64,000 nt of DNA from Syntrophaceae bacterium UBA7520. Its GTDB lineage: Bacteria; Desulfobacterota; Syntrophia; Syntrophales; Smithellaceae. Made by a program: the position numbers and the translations under genes. Each line of letters starts with the position of its first letter. Position 1 is the first letter of the stretch. The DNA lies in contig DLNC01000010.1 of the NCBI GenBank assembly GCA_002478265.1, positions 7,986 through 71,985 of the forward strand, given 5' to 3'. The notes under the pieces were generated by a model. The model did not search any database. It worked only from the letters and a program-made list of their open reading frames with translations, and was not told where the DNA came from. This document shows, in pieces, positions 30,941 to 39,400 of this stretch.

Positions 30941-30974
30941 TTATTAATATATGTTTGCGGAGTAAAGATTCATA

Positions 30975-33629
30975 ATGACGAGACAAGAACTAAACAAGGC
31001 ATTTGAACCGGCGGAAGCGGAAAAAAGAATCTATGATTACTGGCTGAAGAATAATTTTTTCCACGCGTTGGATGAAAGCGAGAAGAAGCCGTTTTCCATT
31101 GTTATCCCGCCGCCCAATGTAACCGGTATGCTGCACATGGGGCACGCTTTAAACAACACACTGCAGGATATAATCATCCGCTATAAAAGAATGCAGGGTT
31201 ACAACACTTTGTGGATGCCGGGCATGGATCACGCAGGCATCGCCACGCAGAATGTGGTGGAGCAGGAACTGGCGAAAGAGGGCCTGACCCGTCATGATCT
31301 GGGACGTGAGAAATTCATCGCGCGCGTCTGGCAATGGAAGGAAAAATACGGCGGTGTCATCATCAATCAGCTCAAGAGACTGGGCTGTTCCTGCGACTGG
31401 CAGAGAGAGCGCTTCACCATGGACGAAGGTCTTTCGCAGGCGGTACGGGAAGTTTTTGTCAAGTTATTTGATGACGGCCTTATTTATCAGGGGGATTACA
31501 TTGTCAACTGGTGCCCGCGATGCCACACGGCCATCTCTGATCTGGAAGTGGAATTTGTTCAGGAGGCAAGCTGCCTGTGGCACATCGGCTATCCGTATGC
31601 CGATGGCCAAGGAGAAATTATCGTCGCCACCACGCGACCGGAAACGATGCTGGGCGATACGGCGGTAGCGGTTCATCCGGCTGATAAAAGATATAAGGAC
31701 AAAATCGGCAAATTTGTTGTTTTGCCTCTGGTAAATAAAAAAATACCCATTATCGCCGATGAATACGTGACCATGGATTTTGGTTCCGGCGCGGTGAAAA
31801 TCACGCCTGGTTCCGATCCCAATGACTTTGCCATGGCGCAGAGACATAATCTGGAAATCATCAACATCATGGACGGCCGCGGCGTGATTAATGAAAAAGG
31901 CGGAACTTACAAGGGGCAGGAACGTTACGAGGCGCGGAAAAATATTATCGCCGATCTGGAAAAAGGGAAATATCTGATTAAAACAGAACCATATTCGCAT
32001 AACGTAGGCAAATGTTACCGCTGTAAAACGGATATCGAGCCGATGGTTTCCAAGCAGTGGTTTGTTAAAATTCAGCCGCTGGCCAAACAGGCAACAAAGG
32101 CGGTGGTTGAAGGAAAAACCAAACTTGTTCCTAAAAGCTGGGAGGCTACGTATTTCGAATGGATGAACAATATCCGCGATTGGTGCATTTCGCGCCAGCT
32201 GTGGTGGGGGCATCGCATTCCCGTATGGTATTGTGACGGCTGTTCTGAAGTTATTGTTTCCAAAACTGACCCGGACAAATGCCCGAAATGCGGCGCTAAA
32301 TCGCTTAAGCAGGACGAGGACGTGCTTGATACCTGGTTCAGCTCGGCGCTGTGGCCTTTTTCCACCCTGGGTTGGCCGAAGAAAACAAAAGCGCTTCAGA
32401 ATTTCTATCCCACATCTTTATTAATCACCGGTTTCGACATTCTTTTTTTCTGGGTAGCCCGCATGATGATGATGGGGCTCTACGTGATGAAGGATGTGCC
32501 GTTCAAGGACGTTTATCTGCACGCGCTGGTGCGCGACGAAAAGGGAGAGAAGATGAGCAAGTCCAGCGGCAATATCATTGATCCGCTGGTGATGATCGAA
32601 AAATACGGCACGGATGCGTTTCGTTTTACATTGGCGGCTTACACGGCGCAGGGTAGAGATGTGCGCATGTCGCCGGAAAGAATCGAGGGATATAAGTTCT
32701 TTGTCAATAAAATCTGGAACGCCGCTAAACTGGTAATGAATAATCTAAATGATTATGATGCTCAAAGCGCTGCCAAAGCAAAGGATGCTCTTCCCGACAA
32801 ATGGATTAAGTCCAGATTAAACCTGGCGATCGAGGCGGTTAATCAGAACCTTGAAGAGTACCGCTTCAATGAAGCCGCCGCTGCAATTTACCGCTTTGTC
32901 TGGCATGAATTCTGTGACTGGTACCTGGAACTCATCAAGCCCGCGCTTTACGGCAAAAAAACGGCGCAGCGCGCCGCCGCCCAGAAAACAATGCATGATG
33001 TTTTCAAAACTGTTCTGCAACTGCTGCATCCATTCATGCCTTTTGTTTCCGAAGAACTCTGGCAGGCGCTCACCCAGGCGCAAGAAGGATCGGTTATGAT
33101 AAGCGCGTTTCCGCAACCGGTTAAGGCAAGGAAAAACACCAAGCCGGAAAGGGATATGCAGTATATCATGGATGTTATAGCGAGCGTGCGCAATATACGC
33201 GGTGAAATGCAAATTTCTCCGGCAAAAAAGTTAAAGGTTTTAATATCCGTACCCGATGCCTCTTGTCAGAAAGTAATCAATGCTGGGAAAAACTATATAG
33301 TCAACCTGGCCAACGCCGAGGAATTGAAGGTTGATATTAATCTGGACGAGCCAAAAGGCGTCGCCACGGGCGTGATAAATTCCACAAAAGTGTTTGTTCC
33401 TGTGGCGGGCATTGTGGATATCGCGGGTGAAAAATTACGCCTGCAAAAAGAACTGACTAAAGTGGAAAAAGACCTGCAGCAGAGCGCGAAAAAACTCGCC
33501 AATAGCGATTTCATGGAAAAAGCGGCGGCGGCGGTCATAAAGAAGGAAGAGGAAAAATTAAGAGAGTTTCAGGAAAGACATGCTGCGCTGGAGAGCGCCT
33601 TAAACAAACTAAATGAGATTCATGTGTAG
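30975..33629 (+). CDS. valS: Valine--tRNA ligase
   Basis: HIGH (PNVTGMLHMGHA), KMSKS (EKMSKSSGN), editing domain and C-terminal coiled coil. 884 aa. Confidence 0.97.
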   Translation: MTRQELNKAFEPAEAEKRIYDYWLKNNFFHALDESEKKPFSIVIPPPNVTGMLHMGHALNNTLQDIIIRYKRMQGYNTLWMPGMDHAGIATQNVVEQELAKEGLTRHDLGREKFIARVWQWKEKYGGVIINQLKRLGCSCDWQRERFTMDEGLSQAVREVFVKLFDDGLIYQGDYIVNWCPRCHTAISDLEVEFVQEASCLWHIGYPYADGQGEIIVATTRPETMLGDTAVAVHPADKRYKDKIGKFVVLPLVNKKIPIIADEYVTMDFGSGAVKITPGSDPNDFAMAQRHNLEIINIMDGRGVINEKGGTYKGQERYEARKNIIADLEKGKYLIKTEPYSHNVGKCYRCKTDIEPMVSKQWFVKIQPLAKQATKAVVEGKTKLVPKSWEATYFEWMNNIRDWCISRQLWWGHRIPVWYCDGCSEVIVSKTDPDKCPKCGAKSLKQDEDVLDTWFSSALWPFSTLGWPKKTKALQNFYPTSLLITGFDILFFWVARMMMMGLYVMKDVPFKDVYLHALVRDEKGEKMSKSSGNIIDPLVMIEKYGTDAFRFTLAAYTAQGRDVRMSPERIEGYKFFVNKIWNAAKLVMNNLNDYDAQSAAKAKDALPDKWIKSRLNLAIEAVNQNLEEYRFNEAAAAIYRFVWHEFCDWYLELIKPALYGKKTAQRAAAQKTMHDVFKTVLQLLHPFMPFVSEELWQALTQAQEGSVMISAFPQPVKARKNTKPERDMQYIMDVIASVRNIRGEMQISPAKKLKVLISVPDASCQKVINAGKNYIVNLANAEELKVDINLDEPKGVATGVINSTKVFVPVAGIVDIAGEKLRLQKELTKVEKDLQQSAKKLANSDFMEKAAAAVIKKEEEKLREFQERHAALESALNKLNEIHV

Positions 33630-33664
33630 AAACGCACGTTTTTAATAAAAAGTTACGGCTTATT

Positions 33665-34516
33665 ATGAAAAATAAAAACGCGGCGGAGCAAATTAAAAAG
33701 ATAATCACAAACGCCTTGAGGGAGGATATTGGCACGGGGGATATAACAACGCGGGCCACAGTGCCGCCCCAGGCAAAAGGCGTCGCGCAAGCGTTGGCAA
33801 AGGATGATTTTGTCGCGGCGGGAATGGGCGTTTTTAAGAAGACCTTTCTTCTTCTGGATAAAAGAATAAAGGTTAAAAGTTTTGTGACTGACGGAGAACC
33901 GGTAAAAAAGGGAGATATTATCGCGCGCGTGGAAGGGCCGCTGGCATCGATATTACAGGCGGAACGCGTTGCCCTGAATTTGCTGCAGCGGATGAGCGGC
34001 ATCGCCACGCGGACAAACAAATTCGTGAAGGCGATTGCAGGAACCAAAGCCAGAATTTTAGATACGCGCAAGACAGCGCCGGGTTTGCGCCTGCTCGATA
34101 AAATGGCCGTTAAGGCCGGCGGTGGTTGTAATCATCGCATGGGGCTTTATGACGCCGTATTGATTAAAGACAACCATATCACGGCGGCGGGCGGTATCAC
34201 CCAGGCGCTGACCAGACAGAAAAAAGCGCTGCGCAAAAAAACGGCTATTGAAGTGGAAACAAAAAATCTGGGGGAAGTCGCGCAAGCCCTGAATTGCGGC
34301 GCAGACATCATCATGCTCGATAACATGCCGCTTGAAGAAATGGAAAAAGCGCTGAAAATTATCGGCGGGAAAGCGCTGGTGGAGGCTTCCGGCAACGTCA
34401 GCTTGGATAATGTTGCGGATATCGCGCGAATCGGCGTGGATTTTATCTCTGTAGGCGAAATCACGCACTCAGTGCGCGCGGCGGATATCTCCCTCAAGAT
34501 TAATAATAAAAAATAA
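33665..34516 (+). CDS. nadC: Nicotinate-nucleotide diphosphorylase (carboxylating)
   Basis: The AERVALNLLQRMSGIAT, LDTRKTAPGLR and IMLDNM motifs. Confidence 0.9.
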   Translation: MKNKNAAEQIKKIITNALREDIGTGDITTRATVPPQAKGVAQALAKDDFVAAGMGVFKKTFLLLDKRIKVKSFVTDGEPVKKGDIIARVEGPLASILQAERVALNLLQRMSGIATRTNKFVKAIAGTKARILDTRKTAPGLRLLDKMAVKAGGGCNHRMGLYDAVLIKDNHITAAGGITQALTRQKKALRKKTAIEVETKNLGEVAQALNCGADIIMLDNMPLEEMEKALKIIGGKALVEASGNVSLDNVADIARIGVDFISVGEITHSVRAADISLKINNKK

Positions 34517-34533
34517 TTATTTGGAGTTAGTAT

Positions 34534-35040
34534 ATGGCGATTGAACAAACTTTAATTCTGATTAAACCGGACGGACTTGTCAAATCCCTGACCGGTAACG
34601 TTATTTCCCGTCTATCGGAAGCTAAGCTGACGATCATGGGCGCGAAAGTAGTGCGCGTGAGCAGAGAGCTTGCGGAAAAGCACTACGAACATCTCAAGGA
34701 TAAGCCTTTTTTTGAAGAACTGATCGAATACATCATGGGAGATGTGCATAAAACTCACCGTGTGCTGGCGCTTGTTTATCAGGGAGAGGACGCGATCACC
34801 AAAATAAGAGATATTGTCGGCGATACGGATCCGGAAAAAGCAAATCCTGTTTCCATCCGCGGGGCATACGGCCGCGTGACCAGAGCAGGCGTGTTTGAAA
34901 ACGTTGTGCATGCTTCTTCAAGCCCGGAAGATGCCGAAAAAGAGATAAAACTCTGGTTTATGCCGGATGAAGTAGTGGAAGACCTATATCCGGTAAAAGA
35001 GGCGATCTTCAAAGAAGTCAAGAGATTGGTTTGGGCTTAA
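34534..35040 (+). CDS. ndk: Nucleoside-diphosphate kinase (long form with C-terminal extension)
   Basis: MAIEQTLILIKPDG start and active-site region NVVHASSS. About 25 aa longer than canonical Ndk. Confidence 0.8.
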   Translation: MAIEQTLILIKPDGLVKSLTGNVISRLSEAKLTIMGAKVVRVSRELAEKHYEHLKDKPFFEELIEYIMGDVHKTHRVLALVYQGEDAITKIRDIVGDTDPEKANPVSIRGAYGRVTRAGVFENVVHASSSPEDAEKEIKLWFMPDEVVEDLYPVKEAIFKEVKRLVWA

Positions 35041-35074
35041 TTTGTTTTAAGCATATTTCCCCATTTGATGATTT

Positions 35075-35887
35075 ATGGATTTTTGTCTGCCCGAGCTTGA
35101 AAGAAGTCTTGCCGGAGAAATAATCGGCCATAAAATATACTATTATGAGGAAATCGGCTCAACTAACGATGAGGCGTATCGTCTGGGGCGACAGGGTCTG
35201 CCGGAGGGCAGTGTTGTAATCGCTGACGAGCAGAAGGCGGGTAAGGGCAGGCTGGCGAGATCATGGCATTCGCCGCCGAAAGCGAATATCTATACTTCAA
35301 TATTATTAAGGCCGAATTTTGCGCCTGCCGCCGCGCCGCGCCTGACCATCATGGCGGGTCTGGCGGTAGCAGAAACATTGAAAATATTCTGTCCCGAAAT
35401 AATTCAGCTCAAATGGCCCAATGATATTTTGATAGGCAGGAAAAAAGTATGCGGCATTCTGGCGCAGATGCAGGCGGAGGCTGGTAAGATAGATTTTATT
35501 GTTTTGGGCATCGGCATTAACGTTAATATGAGCGACAATGATTTGCCGCCGGATATTGAAAAAAGCGCGACTTCGCTCATGATGCTAACCGGAGCAGCGC
35601 TCTCGCGCGGGGAGATTTTAATAAATCTGTATAAAAATCTTTCAAAATGGTATAAAAAACTGATTGATGGCGGCTTTGAGGAAATCAGACAAAAATGGAC
35701 ACAAGGCGCGATGCTTATCGGCGGCGAGGTTCAGATAAATTACCACAAAGAGATCATCAGGGGAATAGCGCAAGGCATAGACGAAGATGGGGCGCTGCTT
35801 GTAAAGCCAGCGGAAGGCAAAGAAATCAGGGTTATGGCCGGAGATGCATCGATCATAAAGGAGAATAAAAATGCTGCTGGTAATTGA
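35075..35887 (+). CDS. birA: Biotin--[acetyl-CoA-carboxylase] ligase (class I, no HTH)
   Basis: GSTNDEA and [13 protein letters not shown] motifs. No N-terminal DNA-binding domain. Confidence 0.85.
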   Translation: MDFCLPELERSLAGEIIGHKIYYYEEIGSTNDEAYRLGRQGLPEGSVVIADEQKAGKGRLARSWHSPPKANIYTSILLRPNFAPAAAPRLTIMAGLAVAETLKIFCPEIIQLKWPNDILIGRKKVCGILAQMQAEAGKIDFIVLGIGINVNMSDNDLPPDIEKSATSLMMLTGAALSRGEILINLYKNLSKWYKKLIDGGFEEIRQKWTQGAMLIGGEVQINYHKEIIRGIAQGIDEDGALLVKPAEGKEIRVMAGDASIIKENKNAAGN

Positions 35888-36647
35888 TGTGGGCAATACC
35901 AACACCGTTTTAGGCCTTTTCGACGAAGATAAGCTCATCCATGACTGGCGCATACGCACCGAGACGGACCATACGGTGGATGAATACGGCATGCTGATTT
36001 TTAATTTATACCAATCAAGCAGAATTAAGACAGAAGAAATAAAAGAAATAAAAGCGATTATTATCTCCTGTGTTGTGCCGCCGATGCTGAATATCCTTGA
36101 GCCGCTTTGCATAAAATATTTCAACGTCAAACCGATGATCGTCGGGCCGGGCATAAAAACCGGCATGCCTATCTATTACGATAATCCCAAGGAGGTAGGC
36201 GCGGACAGAATTGTCAACGCGGTCGCCGCTTATAATAAATACCATAAGGCGGCAATCATTATTGATTTCGGCACGGCCACGACCTTTGATTATATTTCAC
36301 CGAAAGGCGAGTATATGGGCGGATGCATCGCGCCGGGTATTTTCATTTCCAGTGAAGCGCTTTTCCAAAAAGCCGCAAAACTGCCACGCGTGGAATTCAG
36401 CAAGCCCAAGGCGGTAATCACCAAGGACACGGTAAGCGCGATGCAGGCGGGTATCATGTTTGGTTACGCCGGCTTGATTGATGGTATCGTAGAGAGGATG
36501 AAGAAAGAAGCGAAGACCAATCCTATGGTTATTGCCACCGGTGGGCTGGCTGCCGTGGTCGCTCCGGAGACAAAATCAATTGAAAAAGTCGAGGAGATGC
36601 TGACCTTGGAAGGCCTGCGTATAATCTATGAATTAAACTGCAAATGA
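35871..36647 (+). CDS. coaX: Type III pantothenate kinase
   Basis: [24 protein letters not shown] and DFGTATTFD motifs. Overlaps the birA end by 17 nt. Confidence 0.9.
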   Translation: MLLVIDVGNTNTVLGLFDEDKLIHDWRIRTETDHTVDEYGMLIFNLYQSSRIKTEEIKEIKAIIISCVVPPMLNILEPLCIKYFNVKPMIVGPGIKTGMPIYYDNPKEVGADRIVNAVAAYNKYHKAAIIIDFGTATTFDYISPKGEYMGGCIAPGIFISSEALFQKAAKLPRVEFSKPKAVITKDTVSAMQAGIMFGYAGLIDGIVERMKKEAKTNPMVIATGGLAAVVAPETKSIEKVEEMLTLEGLRIIYELNCK

Positions 36648-36709
36648 ACTGTATTTGCGGTGTTTGGATTGTGATAAATATTTTTCGTAATTAAAAGAGT
36701 GCTCTGATT

Positions 36710-37345
36710 ATGCTTAATGTCGGATTAACGGGAGGGATAGCCTGTGGAAAATCAACAGTGGCGGAGATGTTTGTCCGGCGCGGAGCTTATTTGATCGACT
36801 TTGACACTCTGGCTCATGAAGTGCAGAAACCCGGCCGGGCGGCATGGGAAAAGGTAGTCGGATATTTCGGGCAAGACATTTTGCTCACGGATAAGCGTAT
36901 TGACCGGGGAAAGCTTGCCGGAATTGTTTTTTCCGATCCCCGAAAGCGGGAAATTCTCAATGAGCTTGTCCATCCCTATGTTTTTTTGGAGTGGCACGAC
37001 CATCTCGAAAAAATCGCACGTCAGCAAAAAAACGCCATAATAATCGCTGCCGTACCGCTTTTGTTTGAAGTAAAAAGAGAGCATCTTTTTGATGTAACCG
37101 TGCTGGTTTTGGCCACAGAGGAAGATCAGTTAAAAAGATTGATGACGCGCAACAATTTGAGTCGCGAGGAAGCGCAAAAAAGAATTCAAAGTCAGATGCC
37201 CATCGCTGAAAAAGTGGCGCTGGCGGATATTGTTATTGATAATCGGTCAGGTCTGGCGGAAACGGAAAAAAGTGTGGAAGAAGTATGGCAGCGACTTTTG
37301 GAAATGGAAAAGAAACCGATTAAAAAAAGTAAGACACGCTCATAA
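36710..37345 (+). CDS. coaE: Dephospho-CoA kinase
   Basis: P-loop GLTGGIACGKST, then PLLFE. Confidence 0.9.
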   Translation: MLNVGLTGGIACGKSTVAEMFVRRGAYLIDFDTLAHEVQKPGRAAWEKVVGYFGQDILLTDKRIDRGKLAGIVFSDPRKREILNELVHPYVFLEWHDHLEKIARQQKNAIIIAAVPLLFEVKREHLFDVTVLVLATEEDQLKRLMTRNNLSREEAQKRIQSQMPIAEKVALADIVIDNRSGLAETEKSVEEVWQRLLEMEKKPIKKSKTRS

Positions 37346-37372
37346 TCCGATAAAATATTTACGGAGGAAAAA

Positions 37373-37990
37373 ATGATTCATAAAAACGTTAAAACAGATT
37401 TCAGCCAGCAGGTATTGGAGCCAATTATTGACGCGTCCGCCTATGTGCATCCGCTGGCAGCCGTAATCGGCAATGTGATCCTGGGGAAAAATATCATGGT
37501 GGCGCCCACGGCCTGCGTGCGCGGCGATGAAGGACAGCCCATTTATGTGGGAGATGATTCCAATATTCAAGACGGTGTGGTCATCCACGCGCTGGAGACG
37601 GAAACTGATGGAAAACCAGTCGAAAAAAATCTGATGGAAGTAAATGGGAAGAAATACGCTGTATATGTCGGCAGCCGCGTGTCTTTGGCGCATCAGGTGC
37701 AGATTCACGGACCAGCCGTGGTTATGGACAATACCTTTGTCGGGATGAAAGCGCTGGTATTTAAATCTTTTGTCGGTAAAAATTGTGTCATTGAACCGGG
37801 TGTCATTCTGATGGGCGTGAAAGTGCCAGACGGCCGCTATGCTGAAGCGGGAGCGATTATAAAGAATCAACATGACGCGGATAATCTGCCGGCTATTACG
37901 GATAATTATCCCCTGAAAGACATGAATAATGGTGTTGTCCATGTCAATGTTTCCTTGGCGAGGGAATATCTTAAAGCGAATATAAAATAG
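37373..37990 (+). CDS. cam: Gamma-class carbonic anhydrase, Cam type (left-handed beta-helix)
   Basis: Collinear with my recollection of Methanosarcina thermophila Cam: RGDEGQPIYVGD, QDGVVIHALET, VSLAHQVQIHGP. The three His ligands and both catalytic Glu equivalents are present. Confidence 0.8.
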   Translation: MIHKNVKTDFSQQVLEPIIDASAYVHPLAAVIGNVILGKNIMVAPTACVRGDEGQPIYVGDDSNIQDGVVIHALETETDGKPVEKNLMEVNGKKYAVYVGSRVSLAHQVQIHGPAVVMDNTFVGMKALVFKSFVGKNCVIEPGVILMGVKVPDGRYAEAGAIIKNQHDADNLPAITDNYPLKDMNNGVVHVNVSLAREYLKANIK

Positions 37991-37999
37991 AAAATATTT

Positions 38000-38016
38000 A
38001 TGACTAAAATAGTCAT
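38000..38016. repeat. 7-bp perfect palindrome after cam
   Basis: ATGACTA-AAA-TAGTCAT with no adjoining U-tract. Function unknown. Confidence 0.4.
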
Positions 38017-38039
38017 GTCGGATGAAATAAGTAAAATAG

Positions 38040-38765
38040 ATGTCAGCCTCCAAAGCAGTATCGATTAAACATAAAACAAAAAAGAACTTTTGTCTTTCCT
38101 GTGGAACAACGGAAAACATAAATAATCGTCGTTATTGTTCGATACGCTGCCGCCAGATTCTACGCCAAAGGCTCAATGCCAGGAACGGTCTCTTGGAAGC
38201 GCTAAACACGCGCTGGGCGGCTTTCTATTTTTCCGACAGCATGATTTATCTGGACATAGCCGCCGGCGGGTATAAAGAGATTTTCCGTTTTTCTTATCAG
38301 CGCAACCGGGGGCATAAACCGTCGGAAGATTTCGGCAGAATGGCTAATGAATTGGGGAAGGCCTGGTGGGAAGAGGAGAAAAAATCGCAGAAGAAATATC
38401 TGGCTTCGCGTCATGTGCTAGGTCTGGCTCAAAAATCCCCGATGATCGCTGCCGCGCGTCCTAAAGTACTGACGGATTATTACATACAGAAAAGTTCTTT
38501 ATCCTGCCTGGGAATAAATAAAGCCGACCTGGAATCAAAGCATCTCAAAACGATTATCAAAAATGCCTACCGGCGTCAGGCAAAATTACATCATCCCGAC
38601 CTCGGGGGGTACGCGGCTTCTTTCCGTAAAATCAACAATGCGTACAAGGAGCTGCTTCGCTGGGCGGAAAATCCGCACTTCATTAAAAGAAAAGGGTTTG
38701 CCGACAGATGGTTTTATGACAGTGAAAACAAAAAGTGGGTGCAACCGCTTCCTTTAAGGAAATAA
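38040..38765 (+). CDS. J-domain protein with N-terminal zinc-ribbon
   Basis: N-terminal CLSCG...CSIRC and a C-terminal J domain with HPD (AYRRQAKLHHPDLGG...INNAYKELL). Confidence 0.6.
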   Translation: MSASKAVSIKHKTKKNFCLSCGTTENINNRRYCSIRCRQILRQRLNARNGLLEALNTRWAAFYFSDSMIYLDIAAGGYKEIFRFSYQRNRGHKPSEDFGRMANELGKAWWEEEKKSQKKYLASRHVLGLAQKSPMIAAARPKVLTDYYIQKSSLSCLGINKADLESKHLKTIIKNAYRRQAKLHHPDLGGYAASFRKINNAYKELLRWAENPHFIKRKGFADRWFYDSENKKWVQPLPLRK

Positions 38766-38795
38766 CACCTTAAGATATTACTTTGAACCGTATTT

Positions 38796-39386
38796 TTATT
38801 GCCCCAGCCTGAGTTTGTCCAGTTCTCTGGGGGTGTTTATGTTTAAAAAAGTTTTTCCATCTTCGTTGAAGGGCTGAAGTTTTTCTTCCGTAACCGTTAA
38901 AACACGCAATCCTTTATAAAAACCGGTGATTTTCAGTTTATCCGCTTCGAGATTCTTTTTGATGGGCGCCAGGCAATTTTTGGAATAAACGGCATGCAGA
39001 GGCTGCATCCCGTCCGCTCCCTGTGGCACGACAATATCATAATTAGCCGCCAGACCCGCCAGGTGAGCAATCAGGTCTTTGTTGATAAACGGCATATCAC
39101 AGGCGGTAATAAAAGCGTGATTTTCGGAGGCGAAGAACAGCCCCGCGTAAATTCCTCCCAGCGCTCCTTTGTTTTTGTAGATATCCGTGACAATGACCGC
39201 GGAAAAAAGGCGGGTGTAAGACAAAGGGTCATTGGTCACGATAATTATTTCCGGAAATAATTCGTTTAAAACGGCTTTGATCCGTTCAATGAGAAGTATG
39301 CCGTCCAGTTTAAGAAAAGCTTTGTTTGTGCCCATGCGAGAGTTTTTTCCGCCCGCGAGAATTATTCCCGTCATTTTAAATTTCAT
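38796..39386 (-). CDS. mobA: Molybdenum cofactor guanylyltransferase
   Basis: GIILAGGKNSRMG signature plus DMPF. 196 aa. Confidence 0.8.
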   Translation of the reverse strand: MKFKMTGIILAGGKNSRMGTNKAFLKLDGILLIERIKAVLNELFPEIIIVTNDPLSYTRLFSAVIVTDIYKNKGALGGIYAGLFFASENHAFITACDMPFINKDLIAHLAGLAANYDIVVPQGADGMQPLHAVYSKNCLAPIKKNLEADKLKITGFYKGLRVLTVTEEKLQPFNEDGKTFLNINTPRELDKLRLGQ

Positions 39387-39400
39387 TGGGGTTTACCGAA

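Noticed and set aside
30727-30974. T-box riboswitch upstream of valS
   Set aside because: There is no T-box sequence (AAUUAGGGUGGUACCGCG-like), no specifier-loop architecture, and the leader is too short and AT-rich.
37340-38119. 259-aa minus-strand ORF covering the whole cam gene
   Set aside because: It lies antisense to a strongly supported hexapeptide-repeat gene. The translation is low-complexity (H/I/F-rich), with no RBS and no recognisable family, so it is a shadow ORF.
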